Part shown: positions 50,603 to 60,189 of the stretch, piece after piece
Layout of the letters: each line of letters starts with the position of its first letter
Position numbering within the stretch: the first letter of the stretch is position 1
From: Acidobacteriota bacterium
GTDB taxonomy: Bacteria > Acidobacteriota > Aminicenantia > Aminicenantales > Saccharicenantaceae
Assembly (NCBI GenBank): GCA_039683095.1
Contig: JBDKSB010000001.1
Span: forward strand, 324,567-388,566
Length of the DNA stretch: 64,000 nt
Reading direction: 5' to 3'
The notes under the pieces: generated by a model
The model's input: only the letters and a program-made list of their open reading frames with translations
The model's database searches: none
What the model was told of the DNA's origin: nothing
Made by a program: the position numbers and the translations under genes

Positions 50603-51184
50603 TTAGTCGATCACGACATCGACCTGCCCGGCGATCTTCGGGTCCTTCTTGTCCCAGACCTTGAACGTGACCTTGTCGCCTTTCTTGAATCCGGGGTTCT
50701 TGAAGTAAGCCTTCGTCCGGAACCCGTTGAAGCTGAACATCCAGCCTTCGTCGACGGCCAGCTCGGTCCGCATCGTCAGGGGCGGATAGAAGTCGCTGCG
50801 CTCGGGGAAGTTGTAAAAGCGGATCCAGGACGCGATGATGCCTTCCTTCCCCAGGTGGCGATAGAAGTCGATGTCGTGGATCTCGCCCCTGTAGTCCTGG
50901 CGCAGCTCCCGGAGCGGGACCATCTTGTATTCCTGGCCCCCATAGACCATGGCGATCGTGTCCCGGGTGACGACGATCTCCTGGCTCTGGCTCTTGGCCG
51001 CCATGTAGATGACGAACATGACGTACGGGCTGTTGATCTGGAAATCGACAAGGGCGGCGTCGACGGCCAGGAGGATGGGCCCGTGCTCGTCGGCGAAGGC
51101 GCCCATGCCCAGATCGTCGGTCTTCTGCGCGTAAGCGGCGGCGCAAAGAAGCAGGATCAGCGGAACGACCCTCAAGATCTTCAT
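50603..51184 (-). CDS. Hypothetical secreted protein
   Basis: Start MKILRVVPLILLLCAAAYAQ preceded by aaggagg. The coordinate is taken from frame with the stop at 50603. Confidence 0.55.
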   Translation of the reverse strand: MKILRVVPLILLLCAAAYAQKTDDLGMGAFADEHGPILLAVDAALVDFQINSPYVMFVIYMAAKSQSQEIVVTRDTIAMVYGGQEYKMVPLRELRQDYRGEIHDIDFYRHLGKEGIIASWIRFYNFPERSDFYPPLTMRTELAVDEGWMFSFNGFRTKAYFKNPGFKKGDKVTFKVWDKKDPKIAGQVDVVID

Positions 51185-51455
51185 CCGAAACCTCCTTGGA
51201 TCAAGATGACATTCCCCGGTCCGGGGATCAGCCGGGATCCCCGCGAAGCATCCGACACCCCTCATTTAGCAAGGTTCATGCCAGGTTCGACGGGAGTGAC
51301 GCCGCAGTTTTTCAGGCGTGAAGGCCGCTCCCCGTCCGGATGTTGAGGCCCTTTTCCTGCCGGACAGGATGCCGGCAGGCCGGGATCCGCGCCCGGCGAA
51401 ACAGCACTCCGGGGAGGACGTCCGCGGCGCGGACGGTCCGCCGGCCGGCGGACCC

Positions 51456-51471
51456 TGGCATGGAGTTTGCA
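51456..51471 (+). promoter_or_regulatory. Sigma-54 (RpoN) promoter, TGGCAT-N5-TTGCA
   Basis: ccTGGCATggagtTTGCAtg. Exact -24 GG and -12 GC spacing, ~30 nt upstream of the start of the downstream DUF6600 gene. Confidence 0.6.
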
Positions 51472-51499
51472 TGATTAATGGGGAAAAAGGAGGTTGGCC

Positions 51500-52687
51500 A
51501 TGAAGCGCATGCGCTGGATCCTTCTCTTGACCGTCGCGGCGGCGCTGGCCGGGACGGCCGGGCTTCGGGCGGAAGGGAGGCCCGGAAGGGGTGGCGCGCT
51601 CCCCACAGCCGCCGCCCCCCCGAGCGGCGGCGCCGCCCTCGACATCGGGTACTGCTACGATTACCTGGCGCCGTACGGAACATGGATCGGCCTGGCCCCC
51701 CACGGCTACGTCTGGTGCCCGCGGCATATGGGCTACCGCTGGCGGCCGTATATCGACGGCTACTGGATCTGGACCGATTGGGGCTGGACCTGGATCTCCG
51801 ATTACGATTGGGGCTGGATGCCATTCCATTACGGCCGCTGGGGCTGGGACGATGATCTCGGCTGGTTCTGGGTCCCGGGGACCGTCTGGGGGCCGGCCTG
51901 GGTGACGTGGAGGTGGAGCGACCTCTATTTCGGGTGGGCGCCCATACCGCCGGGCCTCGATTTCCGGGCCGGGATCGACTTCGATGCGCTCGCGCTCGGC
52001 ATCCCCTTCAACTTCTGGGTATTCGTCGGAGGATCCCATTTCCTGGACAGGGACCTCGGCCGCTATTGCCTGCCGTACGAGCGGAACGCGACGATCATCG
52101 GCCTGACCGCCCCCCGTAACCGCTTCGAGTTCCGAGGCGGCCGGATGGCGAACCAGGGGATCGACGTGGAGACCATCCGCCGGATCACCCGCCGGCAGGT
52201 CCTGCGCTACGACCTGGCGGATTCCGACCGCCCGGGCGGGGCCCTGGTCGCCGGGCGCTCTGCCAGGATCTACCAGCCGGGCTTTGCCGAGGACCGCGCG
52301 GCCCGGCCGAAGGAATTCCTGGACCAGGACCAGGCCCGCCGCGAGCTGGCGCCGGCCAAGGTCTTTGAGCCCCGGCGGGAGGCCAAGCCCGCCAAGCCGG
52401 ATGCGGCGGTCCGGAAGCGGCAGGCCCAGGAGCGGAGCCTCATGCTGCAGAGCCAGGCCCAGGAGCGGCAGGACCTGGAGCGCCGCCGGAAAGAAGAGGG
52501 CCGGGCGATGAAGGGCGCGGACGAAAAGGCCAGGAGCCAGCAGGACTATCAGGCCCGAATGGCCGAACGGCAAAAGCAGCATCAGGACGAACAACAGAAG
52601 ATGAACCAGCGGCATCAGCAGGACCGGCAGCAGGTCCGGCAGTCCGGTCCATCGAAGCAACAGGCGCCGCCGCCCCGGAAGAAATGA
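51500..52687 (+). CDS. DUF6600-like secreted protein (YxWGxG/W-rich repeats) with a Lys/Gln/Glu-rich C-terminal coiled-coil tail
   Basis: Signal peptide MKRMRWILLLTVAAALAGTAG. W-rich repeats WIWTDWGWTWISDYDWGWMPFHYGRWGWD. RBS aaggagg. Confidence 0.7.
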   Translation: MKRMRWILLLTVAAALAGTAGLRAEGRPGRGGALPTAAAPPSGGAALDIGYCYDYLAPYGTWIGLAPHGYVWCPRHMGYRWRPYIDGYWIWTDWGWTWISDYDWGWMPFHYGRWGWDDDLGWFWVPGTVWGPAWVTWRWSDLYFGWAPIPPGLDFRAGIDFDALALGIPFNFWVFVGGSHFLDRDLGRYCLPYERNATIIGLTAPRNRFEFRGGRMANQGIDVETIRRITRRQVLRYDLADSDRPGGALVAGRSARIYQPGFAEDRAARPKEFLDQDQARRELAPAKVFEPRREAKPAKPDAAVRKRQAQERSLMLQSQAQERQDLERRRKEEGRAMKGADEKARSQQDYQARMAERQKQHQDEQQKMNQRHQQDRQQVRQSGPSKQQAPPPRKK

Positions 52688-52829
52688 GGGGGAGCCCCTG
52701 AGCGGGCTCGTCCGGGGCGCGGCTCCGAATAGATAGCGGGCCTCGCTCCGGACGGGCCGGGCGCCGTCCCTGGCCATGGCGAGGAGGCGGCGCCCGGCCC
52801 GGGCCGGAGCCGTTGGATCCCTTCCGGCG

Positions 52830-55800
52830 CTATTTCTTCTTCAGCAGCTCGGCGACGGCCGCTTCGACCTGCTGGTCGCGGCCGGCCGACATGACGTCGG
52901 GGTCGTTCTTGACCAGGATGTCCGGCTCGAGCTGATTGTTCTCGCAGAGCCTGCCGTCGGGCATCCGCCAGCCGCCCTGGGGGATGCCGAAGCGCAGGGT
53001 CGGGTCGATCTGCGACTCCCACCAGACGAAAGTCCCCGTGCCGGGGACGGGCATGCCGAGCGTCTGGCCGATGCCGCGGACCTTGTACTCGACCGGGAAG
53101 AGATGGGCGTCCGAATAGTTGCATTCGCCCATCAGGACGATGGACGGCCTGATCCATTTGCCGTAGGGCTCGACGCCGACGATCTGGCCGCGGGGCACGA
53201 TGTCGAAGACCTTCTTGCCGGCCAGGAAATCGGCCAGGGTGTCGTGGAGGTTGCCCCCGCCGTTGAAGCGGGTGTCGACGATCAGGGCCTCCTTGCCGGC
53301 GCAGAGGCCCATGACCTCCTCGATGACCACGCGGTAGCTGGAATCGCCCATGCTCCGGACGTGGACGTAGCCCAGCCGGCCGCCGGACAGGCGGTCGACC
53401 TCGGCCCGGCGGTTGCGGACCCAGCGCTGGTAGAGGAGGTTCCCCTCCTCGCCGAGGGAGATCGGCTTGACGGTTTCCTCCCAGCGGCTCCCCGAGACGG
53501 GATCGAACACCGACAGCAGGGTCAGCTGGCCGGCCTTGCGATTGAGCAGCCTGTAATGGTCGGCGGTCCGGTCGAGGGCCTGGCCGTCGATCTTCTCGAT
53601 GACGTGTCCGGCCCGGATCCTGAGCTCGGCCTTGTCGAGCGGCCCGCCGGCCACGATCTCGGCGACCTTGAGGCCGGGGCCCGCGAAATCATAGTCCATG
53701 AACAGGCCCAGCGCGGCCGTGGCGTCGGCCGCCGGCTGGCGCTGGGGCGAATAATAACAGCCCGTGTGCGAGACGTTCATCTCGCCCAGGAGCTCGCTGA
53801 CCATCTCGGCGTAGTCGTAGTTGTTGGCGATGAAGGGCAGGAACTTCTTGTAGACGCCGTAATAGCCGTCCCAATCGGCGCCGTAGAGGTCGGCGACGAG
53901 CAGCTTCTGCTTGATCTGCCGCCACATGTGGTCATACATGTAGGCCTTCTCGGCGGTCGCGTCGAAGGCCAGCTCGCCGCCGAGAGCGACCGGCTCGGAC
54001 TTGCCGCTCTCCGGGTCGATCTTGACCACCCGGCCGTCGACGAAGACGACGAGCGACTTGCCGTCGGCCGTCATCTCCATGCCGGTCTGGTTGGCGCCGA
54101 GCTTGGCCAGGAGCTTGGTGTCCCGCGTCCGCGTCTCGGTCACCCAGAGGTCGTAGCCCTTCTCGAAGCGGGCCAGGTAGAAGAGCTTGTCGCCGTTCTT
54201 GGACAGGGCCTGATCGGCGATGTCGGCCGAATGGATGGTCAGGCGGACCTTGCGCCGCTCGATCCCGTCGAGCTCGAAGACGAGGTCCTTTTTCGGCTCC
54301 TCGGGCTTGACCGCGGCGGCCTTGTCCTTGGGTTTTTCCTTCTCGGCCTTGGCCTTGTCCTCCTTGGCCTTGTCCTCCTGCTCCTTGAGCAGGGCGAAAT
54401 CCTCCTTGGACAGGCGGAACCGGTCGTAGGCGGCCCGGGTGAAGAACGTGCCGTAAATATCCATCTCGACGGCGCTGCCGTCGGTGTTGACGGCCCCTTC
54501 GCGCGTCGAGCCGTAGATCATCATCGTCCCGTCCATGGCCCAGCGGGGGTTGAAGGCGCCGAAGCCGTTCTTGGTCAGGTCGACGACCTGGCCCCTGCCG
54601 TCGCTCGAGACAAGCCCGACCTGGGGGGTGAAGAGACGGGTGAAGGCGAACTGGACCAGGAACCACTTGCCGTCCGGGCTCCAGCGATAGGACTGGTCGC
54701 CGTCGGAGTAAGAATAGTTATATTGGGCCGGCAGGATCGTCCGGGTCTCCTTCGTGGCCAGGTTGACGACCTTGAGGACGACGCGGTTCTCCAGGTAGGC
54801 GACCTCCTTGCCGTCCGGCGAGAACTGCGGCTGGTACTCCTCGGCCGCCGTGGCGATGACCGGCTCCTCCCTGAGGACGGTCGAGGCGTAGAAGTAGGGC
54901 TCCTCCTTGCGGACGATGGAGGTCGTGTAGACGTTCCAGTTGTTGTCGCGCTCGGCGGCGTAAACGACCGAACGGCCGTCGGGGCTGAAGCCGACGCTGC
55001 GCTCCTGGCCGGGCGTGCCGGTGACCCGCTTGGCGGCGCCGCCTTCGACGCTGCCGACGAAGACCTCGCCGCGGAAGACGTAGGCCATCTCCTTGCCGTT
55101 GGGGGAGAGCTGCAGCTCGGTGATGCCGCCCCCGACCGCCAGGGGCCGTTCGAGGACCTGGCGGCCGTCCTCGGCGATGCGGATATCGACGCGCCGGGGC
55201 TCCGCCGCGCCGGACTTGGTATAGATCTCGCCGTCGAACCCGAAGCACAGCAGGCCGTTGTCGGCGCGGGTCAGGAAGCGGACCGGGTTCCTGGTGAACG
55301 AGGTCACCGGCGTCGAGGCGGCCGGCCGGCTCAACGAGCTCTTGTAGACGTTGAACGAGCCGCCCCGCTCGCTCAGGTAATAGAAATCGTCGCCGTTCGC
55401 GTCGAAGACCGGATTGCGGTCCTCGCCCTTGAAGGTCGTCAGCATCGTGTTCTTCTTGGCCTTCAGGTCGTAGACCCAGATGTCGCGGGTGATGGCTGAA
55501 GTGTGATGCTTGCGCCAGTCGCTCTCGTAACCCTTCTGATCGTGGTAGATGATCCTGGCCCCGGACCGGTCGACCGTGGCCGCGATCGCCGGCTGGGTCA
55601 GCACGAGCGAGGCCTCGCCGCCGCCGGCCGGGACGCTGTAGAGCTCGGGGAACGTCGACGTCGGGAACTGGACATTGGCCGCCGCGTCCTGGCGGGCCGA
55701 GGTGAAGAGCACGGCCTTGTCGTCGGCCGTGAAGCTGCTGGGAACGTCGGAGGCCGAATGGTAGGTCAGCCGCCGGGCCTCTCCGCCCTGGGCCGGCATG

Positions 55801-56108
55801 AGGAAGACGTCGAAGTTGCCGTACCGGTCGGAGGCGAAGGCTATCCATTTCCCGTCATGGCTCCAGACGGGGGAGAAATCGTAGGCCTCGCTGATGGTCA
55901 GCGGGACGGCCTGGCCGCCCGCGGCGGGGACCTTGTATATATCGCCCTTGTAGCAGAACAGGATGGTCTGGCCGTCGGGCGAGACGGCCGGATATCTCAG
56001 CCAGAGCGGACGGTCCTGGGCCGCGAGGGGCAGGGCGGCGGCCAGGACGAAAGGCAGGAGAAGCAACCAGGCGAAAGACTTGGCCCGGGAACGGCTGTGG
56101 ATCGACAT
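52830..56108 (-). CDS. Tricorn-protease-like S41-family peptidase (~1090 aa; TolB-like beta-propellers, PDZ, S41 catalytic domain) with a signal peptide
   Basis: N-terminus MSIHSRSRAKSFAWLLLLPFVLAAALPLAAQ. WD/TolB-like repeats. C-terminal S41 region with ...GCNYSDAHLFP... Confidence 0.8.
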   Translation of the reverse strand: MSIHSRSRAKSFAWLLLLPFVLAAALPLAAQDRPLWLRYPAVSPDGQTILFCYKGDIYKVPAAGGQAVPLTISEAYDFSPVWSHDGKWIAFASDRYGNFDVFLMPAQGGEARRLTYHSASDVPSSFTADDKAVLFTSARQDAAANVQFPTSTFPELYSVPAGGGEASLVLTQPAIAATVDRSGARIIYHDQKGYESDWRKHHTSAITRDIWVYDLKAKKNTMLTTFKGEDRNPVFDANGDDFYYLSERGGSFNVYKSSLSRPAASTPVTSFTRNPVRFLTRADNGLLCFGFDGEIYTKSGAAEPRRVDIRIAEDGRQVLERPLAVGGGITELQLSPNGKEMAYVFRGEVFVGSVEGGAAKRVTGTPGQERSVGFSPDGRSVVYAAERDNNWNVYTTSIVRKEEPYFYASTVLREEPVIATAAEEYQPQFSPDGKEVAYLENRVVLKVVNLATKETRTILPAQYNYSYSDGDQSYRWSPDGKWFLVQFAFTRLFTPQVGLVSSDGRGQVVDLTKNGFGAFNPRWAMDGTMMIYGSTREGAVNTDGSAVEMDIYGTFFTRAAYDRFRLSKEDFALLKEQEDKAKEDKAKAEKEKPKDKAAAVKPEEPKKDLVFELDGIERRKVRLTIHSADIADQALSKNGDKLFYLARFEKGYDLWVTETRTRDTKLLAKLGANQTGMEMTADGKSLVVFVDGRVVKIDPESGKSEPVALGGELAFDATAEKAYMYDHMWRQIKQKLLVADLYGADWDGYYGVYKKFLPFIANNYDYAEMVSELLGEMNVSHTGCYYSPQRQPAADATAALGLFMDYDFAGPGLKVAEIVAGGPLDKAELRIRAGHVIEKIDGQALDRTADHYRLLNRKAGQLTLLSVFDPVSGSRWEETVKPISLGEEGNLLYQRWVRNRRAEVDRLSGGRLGYVHVRSMGDSSYRVVIEEVMGLCAGKEALIVDTRFNGGGNLHDTLADFLAGKKVFDIVPRGQIVGVEPYGKWIRPSIVLMGECNYSDAHLFPVEYKVRGIGQTLGMPVPGTGTFVWWESQIDPTLRFGIPQGGWRMPDGRLCENNQLEPDILVKNDPDVMSAGRDQQVEAAVAELLKKK

Positions 56109-56245
56109 GGATTCCTCCCTTGGAAATGACATTCCTTTCTATAGACGGGGGGAGCGACGGTTTGGTTTCCCCGGCGGAAGAGATATAATTCGCCTCCGCG
56201 TTCTTTCGGGCCGGGCCCGTCATCTCGCCGCGAGGAGGGGTTTCC

Positions 56246-56326
56246 ATGAGCCGCATGACGCGCCGGGGCTTTCTGGGGACCGCGGCCGTGACGGCGGCGC
56301 TGATGGGGCTGCTCGGCGGACTATGA
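56246..56326 (+). other. 26-codon ORF encoding only a Tat signal peptide (MSRMTRRGFLGTAAVTAALMGLLGGL*), apparently a gene remnant
   Basis: Strong RBS gaggagggg 5 nt upstream. A twin-arginine RRGFLG motif followed by a stop codon. No mature domain follows in any frame. Confidence 0.35.
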
Positions 56327-56486
56327 ACCCGGCCCGGATCGCCCGAACCGGGCGCGGCGAACGAGAAAGCGGCCAGCGCGGAGCCGGCCCAGCCCATGAA
56401 ACAACGGCTTTTCTTTTAGCCGGGCTGGGTCTAGAATCGTTGGCATATCGGCCGCGCTCGGCGGAAGGCGTGGTCGAGGAGGGAGA

Positions 56487-58064
56487 ATGGAAATGAAGAA
56501 CAGAGCGCTCATGGTCCTCTTAGCCGTCGCCGTGGTCACGTCTTTGGCCGGTCCCGTCCTCCGGGCCCAGCCGCAGGGCGCGCCGCCCTCCAGGCCGCAG
56601 GAGGCCAAGCCCTCGCCGGCCCCCCCGGCCGACCTCGCTCCCGTCCAGGAGCGGTCTTCCGTGACCGAACATACGATACGCATCAAGGGGCAGGTCATCC
56701 CATACAAGGCCGCGGCCGGGACGACGCTCCTCCGCGACGACAAGGGAGAGGCGACGGGGCTCCTCTACGCCGTGGCCTACACCCGGAGCGACGTCAAGGA
56801 TCTCTCGGCCCGGCCCATCGCTTTCTTCTATAACGGCGGCCCGGGCTCGGCGTCGTTGTGGCTGCACGTGGGCGCCTTCGGACCGCGCCGCGTCTCCACC
56901 CTGGACGCCGCGTTCACACCGCCGGCGCCTTACGCCCTCGTCGACAATACCGAGACCCTCCTCGACAAGACGGACATGGTCTTCATCGACGCCATGGGCA
57001 CCGGCTACAGCCGGGCCGCTGGCAAAGCCCAGGCCAAGGACTTCTACGGCATCGACGAGGACGTCCAGGCCTTCGCCCAGTTCATCCGGACCTACCTCAG
57101 CCGGAACGGCCGCTGGAACTCCCCGAAGTTCCTCGTCGGCGAGAGCTACGGCACCTTCCGTTCGGCCGCCCTGGGGAACGCCCTGCAGTCGCGGGACGGC
57201 ATACACCTCAACGGGATCGTCCTCATCTCCTCGGTCCTCGACATGGGCACGATCACCTTCGGCTCCGGCGACGACCGGCCCTACATCTTCTACCTTCCGA
57301 GCTATGCCGCGGTGGCCTGGTACCACAAGGCGCTGAAGGACCGGCCGGCCGACCTCGGGGCCTTCCTGGCCGAGGTGCGCCGCTATGCCCAGGGCGAATA
57401 CGCCGAGGCCCTGTTCAAAGGCGCCGCGCTTTCGCTCGCGGACAAGCAGGCCGTGGCCGCCAAGCTTTCCGCCTACACCGGCCTGGACGCGGACTATTGG
57501 CTCAAGGCCGACCTCCGGGTGACGCTGGCCCAGTTCAACGTCGAGCTCGAGCGCGGCCGCGGCCTGACGACGGGCCGTATCGACGCCCGGTTCACCGGCT
57601 TCACCCGCGATCTTCTGGCCGAGAACGCCCAGGGGGACCCCGAGGGCCCGGCCGTTGGCGGCGCCTTCACGGCCCTGATCAATGCCTACAACCACCAGGA
57701 GCTCCGGTTCGGCCAGGACATGGCCTACAACACTTCGAGCGGCGGGACCCGGGAGTGGAACTGGAGGCGCCTGCCGGCGACCGGCGGCTTTCCCGGCGCG
57801 CCCAATGTCCAAGGCGATCTCACCCAGGCCATGATCACCAACCCGCGGCTCCTCGTCCAGGTCGAGAACGGGTACTATGACATGGCCACGCCGTTCTTCG
57901 CCACCGAGTTCACCATGGCCCACCTCGGCCTGCCGGCCGAGCTCCGGGACCACGTCAAGCTGAATTACTATCCCTCGGGGCACATGATGTACCTGCACGA
58001 CGAAAGCCGCGGGGAGCTCCACGACAATATCGCCGCCTTCATCGACCGGGCGACGGCGAGATAG
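56487..58064 (+). CDS. Serine carboxypeptidase, peptidase family S10, secreted
   Basis: Signal peptide. The GESYGTFR active-site motif. Family-typical length. Confidence 0.8.
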   Translation: MEMKNRALMVLLAVAVVTSLAGPVLRAQPQGAPPSRPQEAKPSPAPPADLAPVQERSSVTEHTIRIKGQVIPYKAAAGTTLLRDDKGEATGLLYAVAYTRSDVKDLSARPIAFFYNGGPGSASLWLHVGAFGPRRVSTLDAAFTPPAPYALVDNTETLLDKTDMVFIDAMGTGYSRAAGKAQAKDFYGIDEDVQAFAQFIRTYLSRNGRWNSPKFLVGESYGTFRSAALGNALQSRDGIHLNGIVLISSVLDMGTITFGSGDDRPYIFYLPSYAAVAWYHKALKDRPADLGAFLAEVRRYAQGEYAEALFKGAALSLADKQAVAAKLSAYTGLDADYWLKADLRVTLAQFNVELERGRGLTTGRIDARFTGFTRDLLAENAQGDPEGPAVGGAFTALINAYNHQELRFGQDMAYNTSSGGTREWNWRRLPATGGFPGAPNVQGDLTQAMITNPRLLVQVENGYYDMATPFFATEFTMAHLGLPAELRDHVKLNYYPSGHMMYLHDESRGELHDNIAAFIDRATAR

Positions 58065-58188
58065 GGCACGGCCCTCAGCACTAGCTCGCCCGGGGCCGGG
58101 AACGGCGCGGCGACGGAGATCTTCTTGGCCATTCGGGCTTCCCGCCGCCGGGGTTGCCTTAAGCGGCATGCCCGGATAAGATAGCCGC

Positions 58189-59583
58189 ATGGCCAACCCC
58201 GAAACCTCGGCGTCCGACATCTCCCCTCAACCCGGCGATCATGCTCCCGTGTCGTTGCGCCGCGCCCTCGGCGTCGGCAGCGTCACCGCCATCGTCGTCG
58301 GCACCATGATCGGCTCGGGCATCTTCATCGTCCCGGCCACCGTGGCCGCCGAGGTCAAGTCGCCGGTCCTCATGCTGGCCGTCTGGATCGTCGGCGGCCT
58401 CATGAGCGTCTTCGGCGCCCTGTCGCTGGCCGAGCTGGCCTCGGCCTTCCCGGAGACCGGCGGCATCTATATCTATCTGCGCGAGGCCTACGGCCCGCCC
58501 GCCGGGTTCCTGTTCGGCTGGGCGCTCCTGCTGATCATCGACTCGGGCACCATCGCCACGCTGTCGCTGGCCTTCGCCACGAAGTACCTGCCGCACTTCA
58601 TCCCCCTCGGCCCGGCCGGCCAAAAGGGAGCGGCCGTCCTGTTCATCCTGGCGCTCATCGGCATCAATTATATCGGGGTCCGGCAGGGCGCCTTCGTCCA
58701 GAACCTGCTGACCGTCCTCAAGTTCGCCGCCCTGGCCGGGATCGTGGCCTGCATCTTCCTTTTCGCCCGCGGCGATTGGGCCAACCTCACCCGGCCGTCC
58801 GCGTCCGCCCTCGGAGGGGACCTGGTCGGGCCCTTCGGGCTGGCCCTCGTGGCCGCGCTCTGGGCCTACAAGGGCTTCGAGGTGTCCACGTCCAACGCCG
58901 GCGAAACCAAGAACCCGTCCCGGACCATCCCCATCGGCCTCCTCGCCGGCTGCGGCCTGGTCACGCTCCTCTATATCCTGGCCAACGTCGCCTATCTCTA
59001 CGCGGTGCCGGCGGCCGAGATGGCCGGGTCGGACCGGATCGCGGCCGCGGCCATGAAGGCCGCCGTCGGCCCGGCCGGGGCGTCCGTCGTCGCCTTCATC
59101 ATCCTGTTCTCGATCATGGGGGCGGCCAACGGCCACATCATGACGGGCCCGCGCGTCTACTATGCCATGGCCAAGGACGGGCTCTTCTTCAAGAAGATGG
59201 CCGGGATCCACCCCAGGTTCCGGACGCCCCACAACGCCCTGCTGGCCGTCGGGGCCTGGAGCATCATCCTCAGCCTGATCCCCGGAGGCACCTTCGAGCA
59301 GCTCCTGAAGTACGCGGTCTTCGGCGCCTGGATCTTCCTCGGGCTGGCCGCGTTCGGCGTCATCGTCCTGCGGAAGAAGCGGCCGGACCTGCCCCGGCCG
59401 TACAAGACCCTGGGCTACCCGGTGACGCCGATCCTGTTCGTCCTGTCGGCGCTGTTCGTGATCGTCAACACGCTCATCCAGAGCTTCTGGAACGCGTTCG
59501 CCGGCCTGGCCCTCATTGCCCTCGGCATCCCGGCCTACCTTTACTGGAGCAGGAAGAGGAGCCGGACACCTGCCGGTCCTTGA
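58189..59583 (+). CDS. APC-superfamily amino-acid permease
   Basis: GVGSVTAIVVGTMIGSGIFIVP (the consensus GxG motif of TM1) and 12 predicted TM segments. Confidence 0.85.
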   Translation: MANPETSASDISPQPGDHAPVSLRRALGVGSVTAIVVGTMIGSGIFIVPATVAAEVKSPVLMLAVWIVGGLMSVFGALSLAELASAFPETGGIYIYLREAYGPPAGFLFGWALLLIIDSGTIATLSLAFATKYLPHFIPLGPAGQKGAAVLFILALIGINYIGVRQGAFVQNLLTVLKFAALAGIVACIFLFARGDWANLTRPSASALGGDLVGPFGLALVAALWAYKGFEVSTSNAGETKNPSRTIPIGLLAGCGLVTLLYILANVAYLYAVPAAEMAGSDRIAAAAMKAAVGPAGASVVAFIILFSIMGAANGHIMTGPRVYYAMAKDGLFFKKMAGIHPRFRTPHNALLAVGAWSIILSLIPGGTFEQLLKYAVFGAWIFLGLAAFGVIVLRKKRPDLPRPYKTLGYPVTPILFVLSALFVIVNTLIQSFWNAFAGLALIALGIPAYLYWSRKRSRTPAGP

Positions 59584-59708
59584 CACCCGGACCCCCCGCG
59601 CCTAATATGAGATTGACCGGGGGGTGAGGCGGTTCGACGCGTCCTGGCCGATTCCTTTTAGCGAATGACGGGGGTCGTCCCTCCGGTCGACGAAAGGAGG
59701 GGGCCGCC

Positions 59709-60188
59709 ATGGCAAAAGTCCTGATGATCCATGCCGACAAGTGCACCGGCTGCCGGAATTGCGAGCTCTCCTGTTCGGCCTACCATGAAGGCCGGTTCCG
59801 GCCGCGCCTGTCGAGGGTCCATGCCTACGCCTGGGAGCGGGAAGGCCTGTCCGTTCCGATGATGTGCCAGCACTGCGATGACGCGCCGTGCATCGCCGTC
59901 TGCCCGACCGGCGCGATGCGCCGCAACAAGGCCGCGAACTCGGTCGATTGGAACAAGGACGCTTGCATCCGCTGCCGCATGTGCACCATCGCCTGCCCGT
60001 TCGGCAACGCCGTCTACGATTCCGAAAGCAACGCCATCGTCAAGTGCGACCTCTGCGCGGGCGACCCGGAATGCGTCAAGTTCTGCCCCAGCGAGGCCCT
60101 GACGTTCCTCGAGGGGACCATCGCCGTCCGGGCCCGGAAAAAAGCCTATGCCGCGAAGTTCAAGGAAGCCTTCAAGGAGGTGAGCTGA
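59709..60188 (+). CDS. 4Fe-4S dicluster ferredoxin-domain protein
   Basis: [37 protein letters not shown] and [18 protein letters not shown] aaaggaggggg. Confidence 0.85.
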   Translation: MAKVLMIHADKCTGCRNCELSCSAYHEGRFRPRLSRVHAYAWEREGLSVPMMCQHCDDAPCIAVCPTGAMRRNKAANSVDWNKDACIRCRMCTIACPFGNAVYDSESNAIVKCDLCAGDPECVKFCPSEALTFLEGTIAVRARKKAYAAKFKEAFKEVS

Positions 60189-60189
60189 C

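Noticed and set aside
52776-55499. 907-aa plus-strand ORF
   Set aside because: Antisense to the tricorn-like protease gene.
56520-59586. 566-aa and 475-aa minus-strand ORFs (56520..58220 and 58159..59586)
   Set aside because: Antisense to the S10 carboxypeptidase and APC permease genes.
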